This document shows, one piece after another, positions 54,971 through 64,000 of a stretch of 64,000 nucleotides of DNA. The DNA is taken from NCBI GenBank assembly GCA_026391255.1, contig JAPLDU010000096.1:3777-67776 (forward strand), read 5' to 3'. Numbering within the stretch: the first letter of the stretch is position 1; every line of letters begins with the position of its first letter. Both the position numbers and the translations under genes were made by a program. This stretch comes from Bacteroidia bacterium (GTDB lineage Bacteria; Bacteroidota; Bacteroidia; Bacteroidales; JAPLDU01). The notes under the pieces are model-generated. The model was not told the DNA's origin. It did not search any database and was given only the letters and a program-made list of their open reading frames with translations.

Positions 54971-55179
54971 CCTAACCTGGCCGAGCCAGAACAAAATAAG
55001 AAATCACAAATCTCAAAATACAAATCACAAATAAATATCAATCAATAAAATGACAAATTCAAATTAGTTTGTTTCGAATTTGAAATTTTAATATTGTTAA
55101 TTATTTGTTTTTTGTGATTTGTTTTTTGGAATTTTTTTGCCAAAACGCGTCAAGATTTCAGAAATAAGATACTAAAAAA
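54971..55179 (+). repeat. family P palindromic element, copy 3
   Basis: cctaacctggccgagccagaacaaaataagaaatcacaaatctcaaaatacaaatcacaaataaatatcaatcaataaaatgacaaattcaaa...ttgccaaaacgcgtcaagatttcagaaataag. It fills the whole convergent spacer. Confidence 0.85.
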
Positions 55180-55180
55180 T

Positions 55181-57502
55181 CTACTTCACAAAGAGCATCT
55201 TTCCCACGTAGGTTTTTGATCCGTCGTCATTGGTGCAAAATATCATATAAACACCTGTGCTGGCTTTTTCACCGGAAAAGTTTTTACCATCCCAGATAGC
55301 CTGGCCTCCGAGTGATTTTGTTTCGTACACTAAGTTCCCGCTTACATCCGTGATTTTCACATCCGAATTGGCAATAATTCCTTTAATAGTGATAAGTCCC
55401 GTATAATTTTCCCTTACCGGATCAGGATACACATAAACCTGGCTGTAATTTGGTGGCCCAAGGGTAGCTGTGCTTTTATATGAAATTATTCCCAGATCGG
55501 TGCCGAAGAAAACTTCGCCCGTAGTATTATTAATAGTGATACTGGTAATATTATCAGATAAAAGAGGGCTGTTTTCAGAATTAAAATGTTCGACCTGCTG
55601 GGTACAGTCGGCCGACATCAGGAACACTCCTGATTTTTCGGTACCGAACCATTTGCGATTGGCGCCATCGACTGCAATTGCAGTAACTGTTTCAGTTGCC
55701 AGCAGGTATTGAGGAGTGCCGTCAATGTCGATGGTGATTTTCTGTGCATAAAATCCCTGTCCGTCAAAAACATTGTACGGGTTGTAATAGGCTGCCACCC
55801 CTGCCGATGTTCCTACCCAGATTGTCCCGTCCAGGTCTTCCGCTATTGAATAGATATCATTGGAAATTATAGAACCATATTCATCGAGGACGCTGAATTT
55901 TTTCTTCTGGTCATCGGAAGTAGTATTGAAAGTGCCATTATCATAAAACGCAAAAAGTCCCTCACCACGTGGCAATACAATCCATTTATGGTCATTCTGG
56001 GTGACAATGATATTGGCGATATCCTCAGAATTCATGGCTGTTTTCAGGGCAAAACTCTTCCATGTGCCATCCGGAAATCTCACCGACAATGGATTATCCA
56101 CACCGGCATTTGTTACCCAAAGGTTACCGTAACGGTCGAAGCACATGCCGCCTATCTTGCAGTAAGGACCGGGCAAAATACTCTGCAGGGTACTGTTGCT
56201 GGAATCGTTATAAATTTTTACTAATTCCTGATTCATGAGTTCAATAACGCCCCAGCCACCCCAGGAACCAAGATAGACATGACCGGTATTTGACGGATCA
56301 ATTGCCACACAGGTCAGATCATAAATATTCTGGTTAATCACATTTCCGCTCATGTCGTTATATGATTTCCAGTACTCATTTACGAATGAGAACACCCCGT
56401 CGTGACTATATAGGTTTTGCCAGGAAGCATCCCTGCCACCTGAAGCCGCCCATACGTCATTTCCCTGTGATGTGAGCGATACCACATTATTGCTGAAAGG
56501 GCCATTTGGAATAATACTGATAAAATTGAGATCATTGATACTCCGGATCAGTCCGTAGTTACCATCTGCTACCCAAAGCCAGTTATCACTACCTAACTCA
56601 CCATATTTCGGAGCAACACTATTCCCTTCAAAACTTGCGAAATAATTTGTACGGTCAAAGGTCGTGTCATATGCCTGCAGACTGTACCAGGTAACAACTA
56701 TCAGGTGGTTGTTGCTTGTACTGACTCTCAGGTAATTATCTGCCTGACCGGGATAAAAATAATCCCATCCGCTGTCATTAAAACTGTAAATGGTATCCTT
56801 GTTATTAGCAGGATTATCATAAATTGTATATAACCTCCCATTAAAAAAGGTAATTGAACCGAATTTTTTATCAAAATTAGGGAGATAGCTGATCCTGGTC
56901 CAGAATTGGTAGTTGGCCAGGTTAGGACTGTTGATATCAGCTTTATAAATTCCGTTTTCGGTAGCGGCATAAATATTCATTCCATCGAAAGCGGTTTCAT
57001 AAACATTCAAATATCCGCCATTATCACCAATCAGGTAGGTATCCTTAATTTCCTTACGTTGAAGGTTAACCACAACAATGCCAAAACCGCATGACAGGTA
57101 AGCATAATTGTTGATAAACATGATATTGTTTATGGTCTTATTCCCAGTAATCTCTTTGCGTTGTATATCCGAGATATTATAAATGGAGTTATCTTTTACC
57201 AGGTCGATATTCGCATCATCATATCCTATGAACAGCATTTTATTTTCTGAACTGTACCTGATTGCTTTTATTGAAACATCTGATAAACCTGATACTTTGG
57301 TCATTTTATCAATGCTGCTGTTTATTTTATTGAAAGAAAACAGGCTGACATCGGAGGCACAATAAACGGTATCACCTGCAAGTGAAAGCATTATTGCATG
57401 AGAATAGGGCAGATGTGTTCTCCATTGACCGACTGCTGTCTGGGAAGATGCTGAATAACCAATGATAATTGAAAAACACAGAGTAACCAGAGATCTGTTC
57501 AT
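55181..57502 (-). CDS. double beta-propeller protein with a T9SS C-terminal sorting domain (PorZ-like)
   Basis: It has a signal peptide, N-terminal QTAVGQWRTHLPYSHA, propeller repeats throughout, and a CTD (VYPDPVRENYTGLITIKG...GVYMIFCTNDDGSKTYVGKMLFVK). At 773 aa its size and architecture match PorZ. Confidence 0.6.
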   Translation of the reverse strand: MNRSLVTLCFSIIIGYSASSQTAVGQWRTHLPYSHAIMLSLAGDTVYCASDVSLFSFNKINSSIDKMTKVSGLSDVSIKAIRYSSENKMLFIGYDDANIDLVKDNSIYNISDIQRKEITGNKTINNIMFINNYAYLSCGFGIVVVNLQRKEIKDTYLIGDNGGYLNVYETAFDGMNIYAATENGIYKADINSPNLANYQFWTRISYLPNFDKKFGSITFFNGRLYTIYDNPANNKDTIYSFNDSGWDYFYPGQADNYLRVSTSNNHLIVVTWYSLQAYDTTFDRTNYFASFEGNSVAPKYGELGSDNWLWVADGNYGLIRSINDLNFISIIPNGPFSNNVVSLTSQGNDVWAASGGRDASWQNLYSHDGVFSFVNEYWKSYNDMSGNVINQNIYDLTCVAIDPSNTGHVYLGSWGGWGVIELMNQELVKIYNDSSNSTLQSILPGPYCKIGGMCFDRYGNLWVTNAGVDNPLSVRFPDGTWKSFALKTAMNSEDIANIIVTQNDHKWIVLPRGEGLFAFYDNGTFNTTSDDQKKKFSVLDEYGSIISNDIYSIAEDLDGTIWVGTSAGVAAYYNPYNVFDGQGFYAQKITIDIDGTPQYLLATETVTAIAVDGANRKWFGTEKSGVFLMSADCTQQVEHFNSENSPLLSDNITSITINNTTGEVFFGTDLGIISYKSTATLGPPNYSQVYVYPDPVRENYTGLITIKGIIANSDVKITDVSGNLVYETKSLGGQAIWDGKNFSGEKASTGVYMIFCTNDDGSKTYVGKMLFVK

Positions 57503-57728
57503 TATTGGTAATAGTTTAAGAAAATATCAGTAAATCATAAACTTAATAAATACTTCTTTAGTATTTTAAATTCTGAATTTTTGTGATAATTCAGGTTGTT
57601 CAGGAATTATGAATTATGAGTTGATACTTGATTAACTCATCACTCATCACTCATAACTCATATCTTGATACCTGATACTGATAAATAAGCCAATAGCCTA
57701 TCCTTCTGAAGAGTGAGCAATGCAAAAA

Positions 57729-58388
57729 TTACATGTCAAAAGAGGCTTTGTCAAAATCCTCGTTTAACTTGTAATAAATAAGTTTTTCGGTAATAATGAT
57801 CCTGACAATATCTAATAAAATAAAATTAACAAGAATATTTTCAGCCTGAAACCTGGGTATTCCGGCAATCCTGCAAAAACCGGAAAGGGTAATTTCCATG
57901 TGTTGGTCGAGGTATTCAAGCAGTGTTTTTTCAAGTTCCGTAAAACGGATGAAAGTTCCGACGGCCTTTTCATTTCTTCTTTTCCAGACTTTCAGCATAA
58001 TTGTATTAGCAAGCAGGTTCTGGTCGCCAACCCTTACATATGCCAGTTGCCGGCCATTGCTTTCATTCACAAAATGAGGAGGTTCATGACTTTTGGGAAT
58101 GATAATTTCAAGAACCGTTTTTCCTTCCACATTCCAGTCAGCATGCTGAAACGGCACTTCGGGCTTACTGTATACCTGTGCTGCAGCTTCGATCATGTAA
58201 TATTCTTCGTCAGATCTTACGCCTGCAATCGATCCGTTATCCTTTATTCCTACCAATAACCTTCCTCCATCGGTATTGGCAAAAGCAGTCATCGACCGTG
58301 CTATCTTACGTGAATCGGTTATGCTGAATTTAAAGTCGAGCTGCTGGTGCTCTCCCTGTTCAATCAATTTTTTGATGTATGTACTCAA
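57729..58388 (-). CDS. AlbA_2 (Schlafen-type) putative DNA-binding domain protein
   Basis: EHQQLDFKFSITDSRKIARSMTAFANTDGGRLLVGIKDNGSIAGV is the typical AlbA_2 core. The C-terminus is wHTH-like. Confidence 0.6.
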   Translation of the reverse strand: MSTYIKKLIEQGEHQQLDFKFSITDSRKIARSMTAFANTDGGRLLVGIKDNGSIAGVRSDEEYYMIEAAAQVYSKPEVPFQHADWNVEGKTVLEIIIPKSHEPPHFVNESNGRQLAYVRVGDQNLLANTIMLKVWKRRNEKAVGTFIRFTELEKTLLEYLDQHMEITLSGFCRIAGIPRFQAENILVNFILLDIVRIIITEKLIYYKLNEDFDKASFDM

Positions 58389-58441
58389 CTGACCTGTAAC
58401 CTGGATGTGTCATTGTTGATTATTCAAAACAGGAATAATAA

Positions 58442-58681
58442 TCAGTCTTTTTGGTGACAATTTGCAACAACTCCAATATATTGACCGCCCTGTTGTAGAA
58501 GTGCAGCCGCTTTCTGATTATAACTGTCTTCAAAATTTTTTACCTCAGCACTGGTACCACAATAATCTTCAGGATAAGTAGAGAACCCGTTATAATTGGT
58601 CACCTGGCAGGTTGCACATTTCTTGCATGAAGCAAATCCGAAGGTAACTGCAACAAGTATTATCAAAACTGTTTTCTTCAT
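58442..58681 (-). CDS. small Cys-rich lipoprotein, hypothetical
   Basis: It has a lipobox-like sequence (VTFGFASCKKC) and is 79 aa long. Confidence 0.45.
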   Translation of the reverse strand: MKKTVLIILVAVTFGFASCKKCATCQVTNYNGFSTYPEDYCGTSAEVKNFEDSYNQKAAALLQQGGQYIGVVANCHQKD

Positions 58682-58940
58682 TCGATTGAAAATTTGGCCT
58701 GTAAAATTAATAAAAATGTTAGTATCATTATGTTAATTTTAGAATTACGATCCGCCGGAGGCGGAACGATTTACGAGTTATCCTGATACTTGATACCTGA
58801 TCTGCCACGGCGGACTGATACCTATTCTAAAAGCCTACAGCCTCTTAACTTCAGCCAAACTGAATTTTGTTAATTTCCTGTTGAAAAACAATTATCAGGT
58901 CATAGGTTGTTATTGGTATTTTTGTAAAAATTTATCTGGA

Positions 58941-60776
58941 ATGATAGCCAAATATACCGACGAAACCATACTCACACTCGACTGGAAAGAGCATATACGC
59001 AAGAGACCCGGCATGTACATAGGAAAACTTGGTGACGGCTCATCTCAGGATGATGGAATTTATGTGCTTATCAAAGAAGTAATTGACAATTCTGTAGATG
59101 AGTTCATGATGGGTTTCGGCCATGCTGTGGAAATCGAGATCATCGACCGGACAGTAAAAGTGAGGGATTATGGGCGCGGAATTCCATTAGGCAGACTGGT
59201 CGACGTAGCCTCAAAAATGAATACCGGCGCCAAGTATGATTCCAAAGTATTTAAAAAATCGGTAGGACTGAATGGAGTTGGTATCAAAGCAGTCAATGCA
59301 TTATCCTCATATTTCAACATACAGACTGTCCGCGAAGGTGAAATTAAGACCGTGGAATTTTCAGAAGGTGAAATTACCGACAACCCTGAAATCCATAAAA
59401 CAGAATTGCCTGATGGCGTAATTGTCACTTTCCGTCCTGATGAGAAAATTTTCGGCCATTATCATTACATCCCCGAATATGTGGAGACGATGCTCCGCAA
59501 CTACGTATATTTGAATGCAGGACTGGTGCTGGACTTTAACGGGTCAAAGTTTTATTCCAAAAACGGGCTTTACGACCTGCTGACCGATTACATGGGATCA
59601 CCGGGGCTGTACCCTGTGATACACCTGAAAGCTGAGGATATCGAGTTAGCTATGACACATGGCAACCAGTACAGCGAGGAATATTATTCATTTGTCAACG
59701 GACAGCATACCTCACAGGGAGGCACTCACCTGCTTGCTTTCAGGGAAGCCATAGTAAAAACCATCCGTGAGTTTTACCATAAGGACTTTGATGCTTCAGA
59801 TATTCATACATCCATCATTGCTGCCATAAGTATCAAGGTGGAGGAGCCTGTGTTCGAATCACAGACAAAAACAAAACTGGGGTCAAGGGATATGGCGCCG
59901 GATGGCATTTCTGTACGTAATTTTATTATTGATTTTGTTAAAAATGCATTGGATAATTTCCTGCATAAGAACAGTGAAACAGCTTCCATCCTGATGAATA
60001 AAATACAGGAGTCGGAAAAAGAGAGAAAAGCGATTTCAAACATCAAAAAAATTGCCCGTGAACGGGCAAAAAAAGCCAACCTTCATAACCGTAAGTTACG
60101 CGACTGCAGGATTCATTATAATTCAAATGAAGAAAAGCGTTTTGAATCAACCATATTTATTACCGAGGGAGATTCAGCAAGTGGTTCCATCACAAAATCA
60201 AGGGATGTAGGCAGCCAGGCAGTGTTCAGCCTCAGGGGCAAACCGTTGAACACTTACGGTATGTCAAAAAAAGTTGTGTATGAGAACGAAGAATTTAACC
60301 TTCTTCAGGCAGCTCTTAACATTGAGGATGGCATTGAAAATCTTCGGTACAACAGGGTTGTGATCGCTACAGATGCCGATGTGGATGGCATGCATATACG
60401 CTTGTTGCTTATCACCTTCTTTCTGCAATTTTTCCCTGACCTGATACGCTCGGGACATCTGTATATACTTCAGACTCCCTTGTTCAGAGTCAGGAATAAA
60501 AAAAGAACGGTTTATTGCTATTCCGAGGAAGAAAGAAATAAAGCTGCAAAATCTTTAGGACCGACTCCCGAAATAACCCGTTTTAAAGGATTAGGTGAAA
60601 TTTCCCCGGAAGAGTTCAAACACTTCATCGGGAAAGACATCCGCATCGAACCGGTGATACATAAAAGAGAAGAGTCGATTGCCCTGCTGCTTGAATTCTA
60701 CATGGGGAAAAACACTCCTGAAAGACAGAAATTTATTATGGAGAATTTAAGGGTGGAAGAAGATACATTCACCTGA
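58941..60776 (+). CDS. parE: DNA topoisomerase IV subunit B
   Basis: The GHKL N-terminus is [42 protein letters not shown]. The Toprim motifs are [10 protein letters not shown] and [12 protein letters not shown]. The roughly 611-aa length and N-terminal pattern fit Bacteroidota ParE rather than GyrB. The ATG at 58941 is preferred over the upstream TTG. Confidence 0.85.
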   Translation: MIAKYTDETILTLDWKEHIRKRPGMYIGKLGDGSSQDDGIYVLIKEVIDNSVDEFMMGFGHAVEIEIIDRTVKVRDYGRGIPLGRLVDVASKMNTGAKYDSKVFKKSVGLNGVGIKAVNALSSYFNIQTVREGEIKTVEFSEGEITDNPEIHKTELPDGVIVTFRPDEKIFGHYHYIPEYVETMLRNYVYLNAGLVLDFNGSKFYSKNGLYDLLTDYMGSPGLYPVIHLKAEDIELAMTHGNQYSEEYYSFVNGQHTSQGGTHLLAFREAIVKTIREFYHKDFDASDIHTSIIAAISIKVEEPVFESQTKTKLGSRDMAPDGISVRNFIIDFVKNALDNFLHKNSETASILMNKIQESEKERKAISNIKKIARERAKKANLHNRKLRDCRIHYNSNEEKRFESTIFITEGDSASGSITKSRDVGSQAVFSLRGKPLNTYGMSKKVVYENEEFNLLQAALNIEDGIENLRYNRVVIATDADVDGMHIRLLLITFFLQFFPDLIRSGHLYILQTPLFRVRNKKRTVYCYSEEERNKAAKSLGPTPEITRFKGLGEISPEEFKHFIGKDIRIEPVIHKREESIALLLEFYMGKNTPERQKFIMENLRVEEDTFT

Positions 60777-60857
60777 TTGAACAGATCTGATCTGCTATTT
60801 TTCTTAGTCTTTGTCCTAATCCTAGTCTAAAATCCGACTAAGACTAAAACAAGGATT

Positions 60858-61059
60858 AGTATTTTATTTCTGAAATCTTTACACGTTTTGGCAAAAAATT
60901 CCAAAAAACAAATCACAAAAAACAAATAATAAACAATATCAAAATTTCAATTATATAACAAACTACTTTGAATTTGTCATTTTGTTGATTGAATTTTATT
61001 TGTTATTTGTATTTTGAGATTTGTGATTTCTTGTTTGGTTCTGGCTCGTCCAGGTTAGG
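60858..61059 (-). repeat. family P palindromic element, copy 4 (inverted orientation)
   Basis: The reverse complement reads cctaacctggacgagccagaaccaaacaagaaatcacaaatctcaaaatacaaataacaaataaaattcaatcaa...ttgccaaaacgtgtaaagatttcagaaataaa. Confidence 0.85.
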
Positions 61060-61106
61060 AATATGGGAATAATAGAAGAAGTCTGTTCTGGTAAAGTTCT
61101 GAGAGC

Positions 61107-62405
61107 TTATTGAAGAATTCCGGTTACATTGCCATCCTCGTTAATACCCTGAAGAACTACCTTCACCGGTTGGTTGATCAATCCCTGGTCAAATGGAATT
61201 TCTACTTTAATGTAATTAGCGGTAAATCCTGTCATCATCTTATCCTTATGCTGGTTTTCCGGCAGGACTACTGCCGTTTTCCCAATATTATCCTGATAAA
61301 AACTGACTCTCTTTTTATCCGACAACTGATGTAGTAATTTACTCCGGCGATTGATCTCCAAGGGTGAAATTCTGTCAGTTATTTCCACCGCTTTAGTATC
61401 AGGCCTGGCAGAATAAGAAAAGACATGCAGGTATGAAATACCGAGTTGATCAATAAAATCATAACCCGTCTGAAAATCATTTTCAGATTCTGACGGAAAA
61501 CCGGTAATAACATCCACCCCAATACAGGCATCCGGGATATTGGCTTTTATATTGCTGATCAGTTCTGCAAAATGTGCCGTGCTGTAACGTCTCTGCATCA
61601 ATCCAAGAATGTGGTCGGAACCTGATTGAAGCGGAATATGCAAATGAGGCGCAACCCTTTTTGATTTGGCGATAAACTGTATCATATCAATGGAAAGAAG
61701 GTTTGGTTCGATGGAAGAAATACGAAATCTCTCAATGCCATCCACCCGGTCAAGTTCACGGATCAGGTCGAAAAAGCTCTCACCTGTCGATTTACCAAAA
61801 TCACCGATATTGACACCCGATAACACAATCTCCCTTATCCCTGTTCCTGCAATTTTCCTGGCTTCCGAAACGATTTCCTGAACTGGTGCATTGCGGCTTT
61901 TACCACGGGCTTTGGGTATGGTGCAGTAGGTACAGTGGTAATCACAGCCATCCTGCACTTTTAGAAAAGAACGTACTCTGTCCCCAATTGACCACGAAGG
62001 AAAAAAATGTGTTACATCCTCAATGGCACAGGAATGAATTTCAGGAATATTCCGTTTCTGCTTATCTTCAAGGTAATTCATGATGTTGAATTTTTCCTGT
62101 TCACCGAGAACAATATCGACACCTCTGATCTTGGCTATTTGTCCGGCCTGCAACTGTGCAAAGCAGCCTGTAACGATCACCAGTGCAGAGGGAGACAGGC
62201 TTGTGGCCTTATAAATGGCATGCCTGCATTTTTTATCAGCAGCGGCAGTTACCGAACAGGTATTAATTACATAAATATCTGCCGGTGAATCAAAGCTGAC
62301 TTTCTCATATTCAGTTTCATCGAAAAATCTTTTGATGGTAGATGTTTCAGAAAAGTTAAGTTTACATCCGAGTGTGTAAAAAGCAACCTTCAGTCTTTTA
62401 TCCAT
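61107..62405 (-). CDS. mtaB: tRNA (t6A37) methylthiotransferase MtaB (radical SAM)
   Basis: The N-terminal UPF0004 domain is KVAFYTLGCKLNFSE, the radical-SAM motif is CDYHCTYCTIP, and a C-terminal TRAM-like domain is present. Confidence 0.88.
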   Translation of the reverse strand: MDKRLKVAFYTLGCKLNFSETSTIKRFFDETEYEKVSFDSPADIYVINTCSVTAAADKKCRHAIYKATSLSPSALVIVTGCFAQLQAGQIAKIRGVDIVLGEQEKFNIMNYLEDKQKRNIPEIHSCAIEDVTHFFPSWSIGDRVRSFLKVQDGCDYHCTYCTIPKARGKSRNAPVQEIVSEARKIAGTGIREIVLSGVNIGDFGKSTGESFFDLIRELDRVDGIERFRISSIEPNLLSIDMIQFIAKSKRVAPHLHIPLQSGSDHILGLMQRRYSTAHFAELISNIKANIPDACIGVDVITGFPSESENDFQTGYDFIDQLGISYLHVFSYSARPDTKAVEITDRISPLEINRRSKLLHQLSDKKRVSFYQDNIGKTAVVLPENQHKDKMMTGFTANYIKVEIPFDQGLINQPVKVVLQGINEDGNVTGILQ

Positions 62406-62425
62406 TTTCTGATTGAGTTGACTGA

Positions 62426-63754
62426 TCAGAGCAGGTTGCTGGCCAGTTCGGCGAGATAACTGCGTTCTCCTTTTTCGAGGTGAACATGGGAGAACAGGTC
62501 CTGACCAAGCATTTTATTTGACAGATATGACAAACCGTTGGATTTAGAATCAAGGTAGGGAGAATCGATCTGCTGGATATCACCGGTAAAAACCATTTTG
62601 GTTCCCTCACCTGCACGGGTGATGATGGTTTTAACTTCATGTGGAGTAAGGTTCTGGGCTTCATCTACAATAAAATATACATCTGACAGGCTGCGTCCCC
62701 TGATATATGCCAAAGGAGTGATCACTAATTTTTCCTGGGCCAGCATTTCTTCAATAGTCAGATATTCCCTGCTTTGTGCATTAAACTGGTGTTTTATTAC
62801 TGCCAGGTTATCAAATAAAGGAAGCATATAAGGGCCTATTTTTTCATTAACATCCCCCGGCAAAAAACCCAGATCGCGGTTAGCGAGTGAGATGATCGGT
62901 CTGGCCAGGAGTATCTGTTTGTAATGTTTTCGCTGATGCAAAGCTGCCGCCAGGGCCAGTAATGTTTTACCTGTACCGGCTTTACCGGTCAGACCTACCA
63001 GTTGGACTTCTGTGCGCATCAGGGCATCCAGTGCAAATGTCTGTTCTGCATTCCTGGGTTTAATACCATAAGCTGCCTGTTTTTCAATCCTTATCATATT
63101 ATTTGTGGATGGATCGTATCTTACTAATGCGCTGTTGGTTGTGCTCTTAAATATATAATCCTGCTGACCCTTTGGTTTTGCATCCAGTTTAAACTGATCT
63201 GCAGGAATACCGCTGATGTCTTCATATAATTTATTGATCAGTTCATCCGGAATATTTTCCACAGTGATTGAACTCTGGTTTAAGGCATCCAGGTTCTCGA
63301 CCTTGTCGGTTTTATAATCCTCAGCTATTAAGCCAATAGCATTAGCTTTAAGCCGTAAATTAATATCTTTGGTCACCAGGATGACTTTCCGGTTTGGATT
63401 TTTGATCCTTATATAATCGGCAATAGCCAGTATACGGTGATCTGGTGTCTTTTCAGGAAAAGTTTCTTTCAGTACATCTGAAAATTCTTTCCCGGTTTCA
63501 ACAAACATTTTTCCGAGATCTTTGCCAAGTGATACACCCTCAGAGAAAAACATGCTTCCGGCCAGTTTATCCAGTTCACGGGTAAATTCACGGGCATGAT
63601 AATTAATTATGTCGTTCCCCTTTTTGAATTTATCCAGTTCTTCAAGAGCAACAATCGGAATTACAATGTCATTGTCCTGGAAATTATAGATACACTTGAA
63701 ATCATGCAGGAAAACATTGGTGTCGAGGACAAATATTTTGCTTGTTTTTTTCAT
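62426..63754 (-). CDS. PhoH2-type protein (PIN domain fused to a PhoH ATPase)
   Basis: The PIN N-terminus is FVLDTNVFLHD, Walker A is LTGKAGTGKTLLALA, and Walker B is YFIVDEAQNL. Confidence 0.88.
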   Translation of the reverse strand: MKKTSKIFVLDTNVFLHDFKCIYNFQDNDIVIPIVALEELDKFKKGNDIINYHAREFTRELDKLAGSMFFSEGVSLGKDLGKMFVETGKEFSDVLKETFPEKTPDHRILAIADYIRIKNPNRKVILVTKDINLRLKANAIGLIAEDYKTDKVENLDALNQSSITVENIPDELINKLYEDISGIPADQFKLDAKPKGQQDYIFKSTTNSALVRYDPSTNNMIRIEKQAAYGIKPRNAEQTFALDALMRTEVQLVGLTGKAGTGKTLLALAAALHQRKHYKQILLARPIISLANRDLGFLPGDVNEKIGPYMLPLFDNLAVIKHQFNAQSREYLTIEEMLAQEKLVITPLAYIRGRSLSDVYFIVDEAQNLTPHEVKTIITRAGEGTKMVFTGDIQQIDSPYLDSKSNGLSYLSNKMLGQDLFSHVHLEKGERSYLAELASNLL

Positions 63755-63971
63755 ACCAGTAATGGTTGGCCGGTTAAATACTAAATTGGTATTGACGTAA
63801 TGGAATTTACAAATTTATTGATTATATTAAACCGAAATTAATTTATTACATCAATCTTGATTAATCCACTAAATATCATTTGATTGTATTCGTAAATCGT
63901 AAATCGTAATTCTAAAATTAATATAATGCCTCCTAAAACGGTAATAACCATCAAAATGTTATAAATAAAAA

Positions 63972-63993
63972 ACCCGGGAGTCACCCGGGTTTT
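63972..63993 (-). terminator. GC hairpin with a T-tract on the minus strand (possible terminator of a gene beyond the window end)
   Basis: ACCCGGG-agtca-CCCGGGT is followed by TTTTTTATTT on the minus strand. An alternative is that it is the coding 5' end of a small hydrophobic minus-strand ORF (MKTRVTPGFFIYNILMVITVLGG...). Confidence 0.3.
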
Positions 63994-64000
63994 CATATCA

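Noticed and set aside
1-64000. I searched for tRNA, rRNA, tmRNA and riboswitch-like sequences in all spacers.
   Set aside because: I saw no cloverleaf-compatible or rRNA-like stretch by eye. This is a weak negative and should be confirmed with tRNAscan-SE and Infernal.

Overview
This 64-kb chromosomal segment looks like a Bacteroidota (Bacteroidia-like) genome. Evidence is T9SS C-terminal sorting domains, a PorZ-like propeller protein, a UpxY antiterminator, an S46 dipeptidyl-peptidase, and the conserved minus-strand blocks bamD-rpoZ-coaBC-DUF4835-recN and DUF4271-hemD-rnpA-yidD-ctp. I support about 60 protein genes. I saw no rRNA, tRNA or CRISPR array by eye. The window divides as follows. 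(1) 1-6.2 kb holds an ECF sigma factor with Spy/CpxP-like envelope genes, a DUF1566/T9SS protein and an S46 peptidase. (2) 6.3-18.5 kb is an accessory island. It contains a markedly AT-rich three-gene cassette (soluble PAS histidine kinase, stand-alone receiver, 3-TM helical protein of unknown family). It also contains a PD-(D/E)xK nuclease-DNA methyltransferase fusion whose reading frame is broken by an in-frame TAA at codon 27. The rest is three toxin-antitoxin pairs, an intact IS3 element sitting inside a ParE toxin gene, IS66 debris and several repeat families. (3) 18.7-46.5 kb is mostly housekeeping, plus a 1275-aa periplasmic-propeller/adenylate-cyclase/HD protein. (4) 46.6-52.5 kb is a lipid or aminoketone-type cluster: two Kbl/AONS-family paralogues, a dedicated ACP, a split AMP-ligase and AcpS. 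(5) 53-64 kb holds a sugar dehydrogenase, UpxY, a PorZ-like protein, topoisomerase IV B, mtaB and PhoH2. Almost every intergenic spacer is built from concatenated 7-8-nt tandem 'word' repeats, small TCCGCC-N-GGCGGA hairpins and long palindromic elements, including a roughly 200-bp family present four times. The best candidate for an undescribed system is the low-GC kinase/receiver/membrane-protein cassette at 6851-10636, next to the nuclease-methylase. All repeat coordinates were read by eye and are good to about +/-5 nt.
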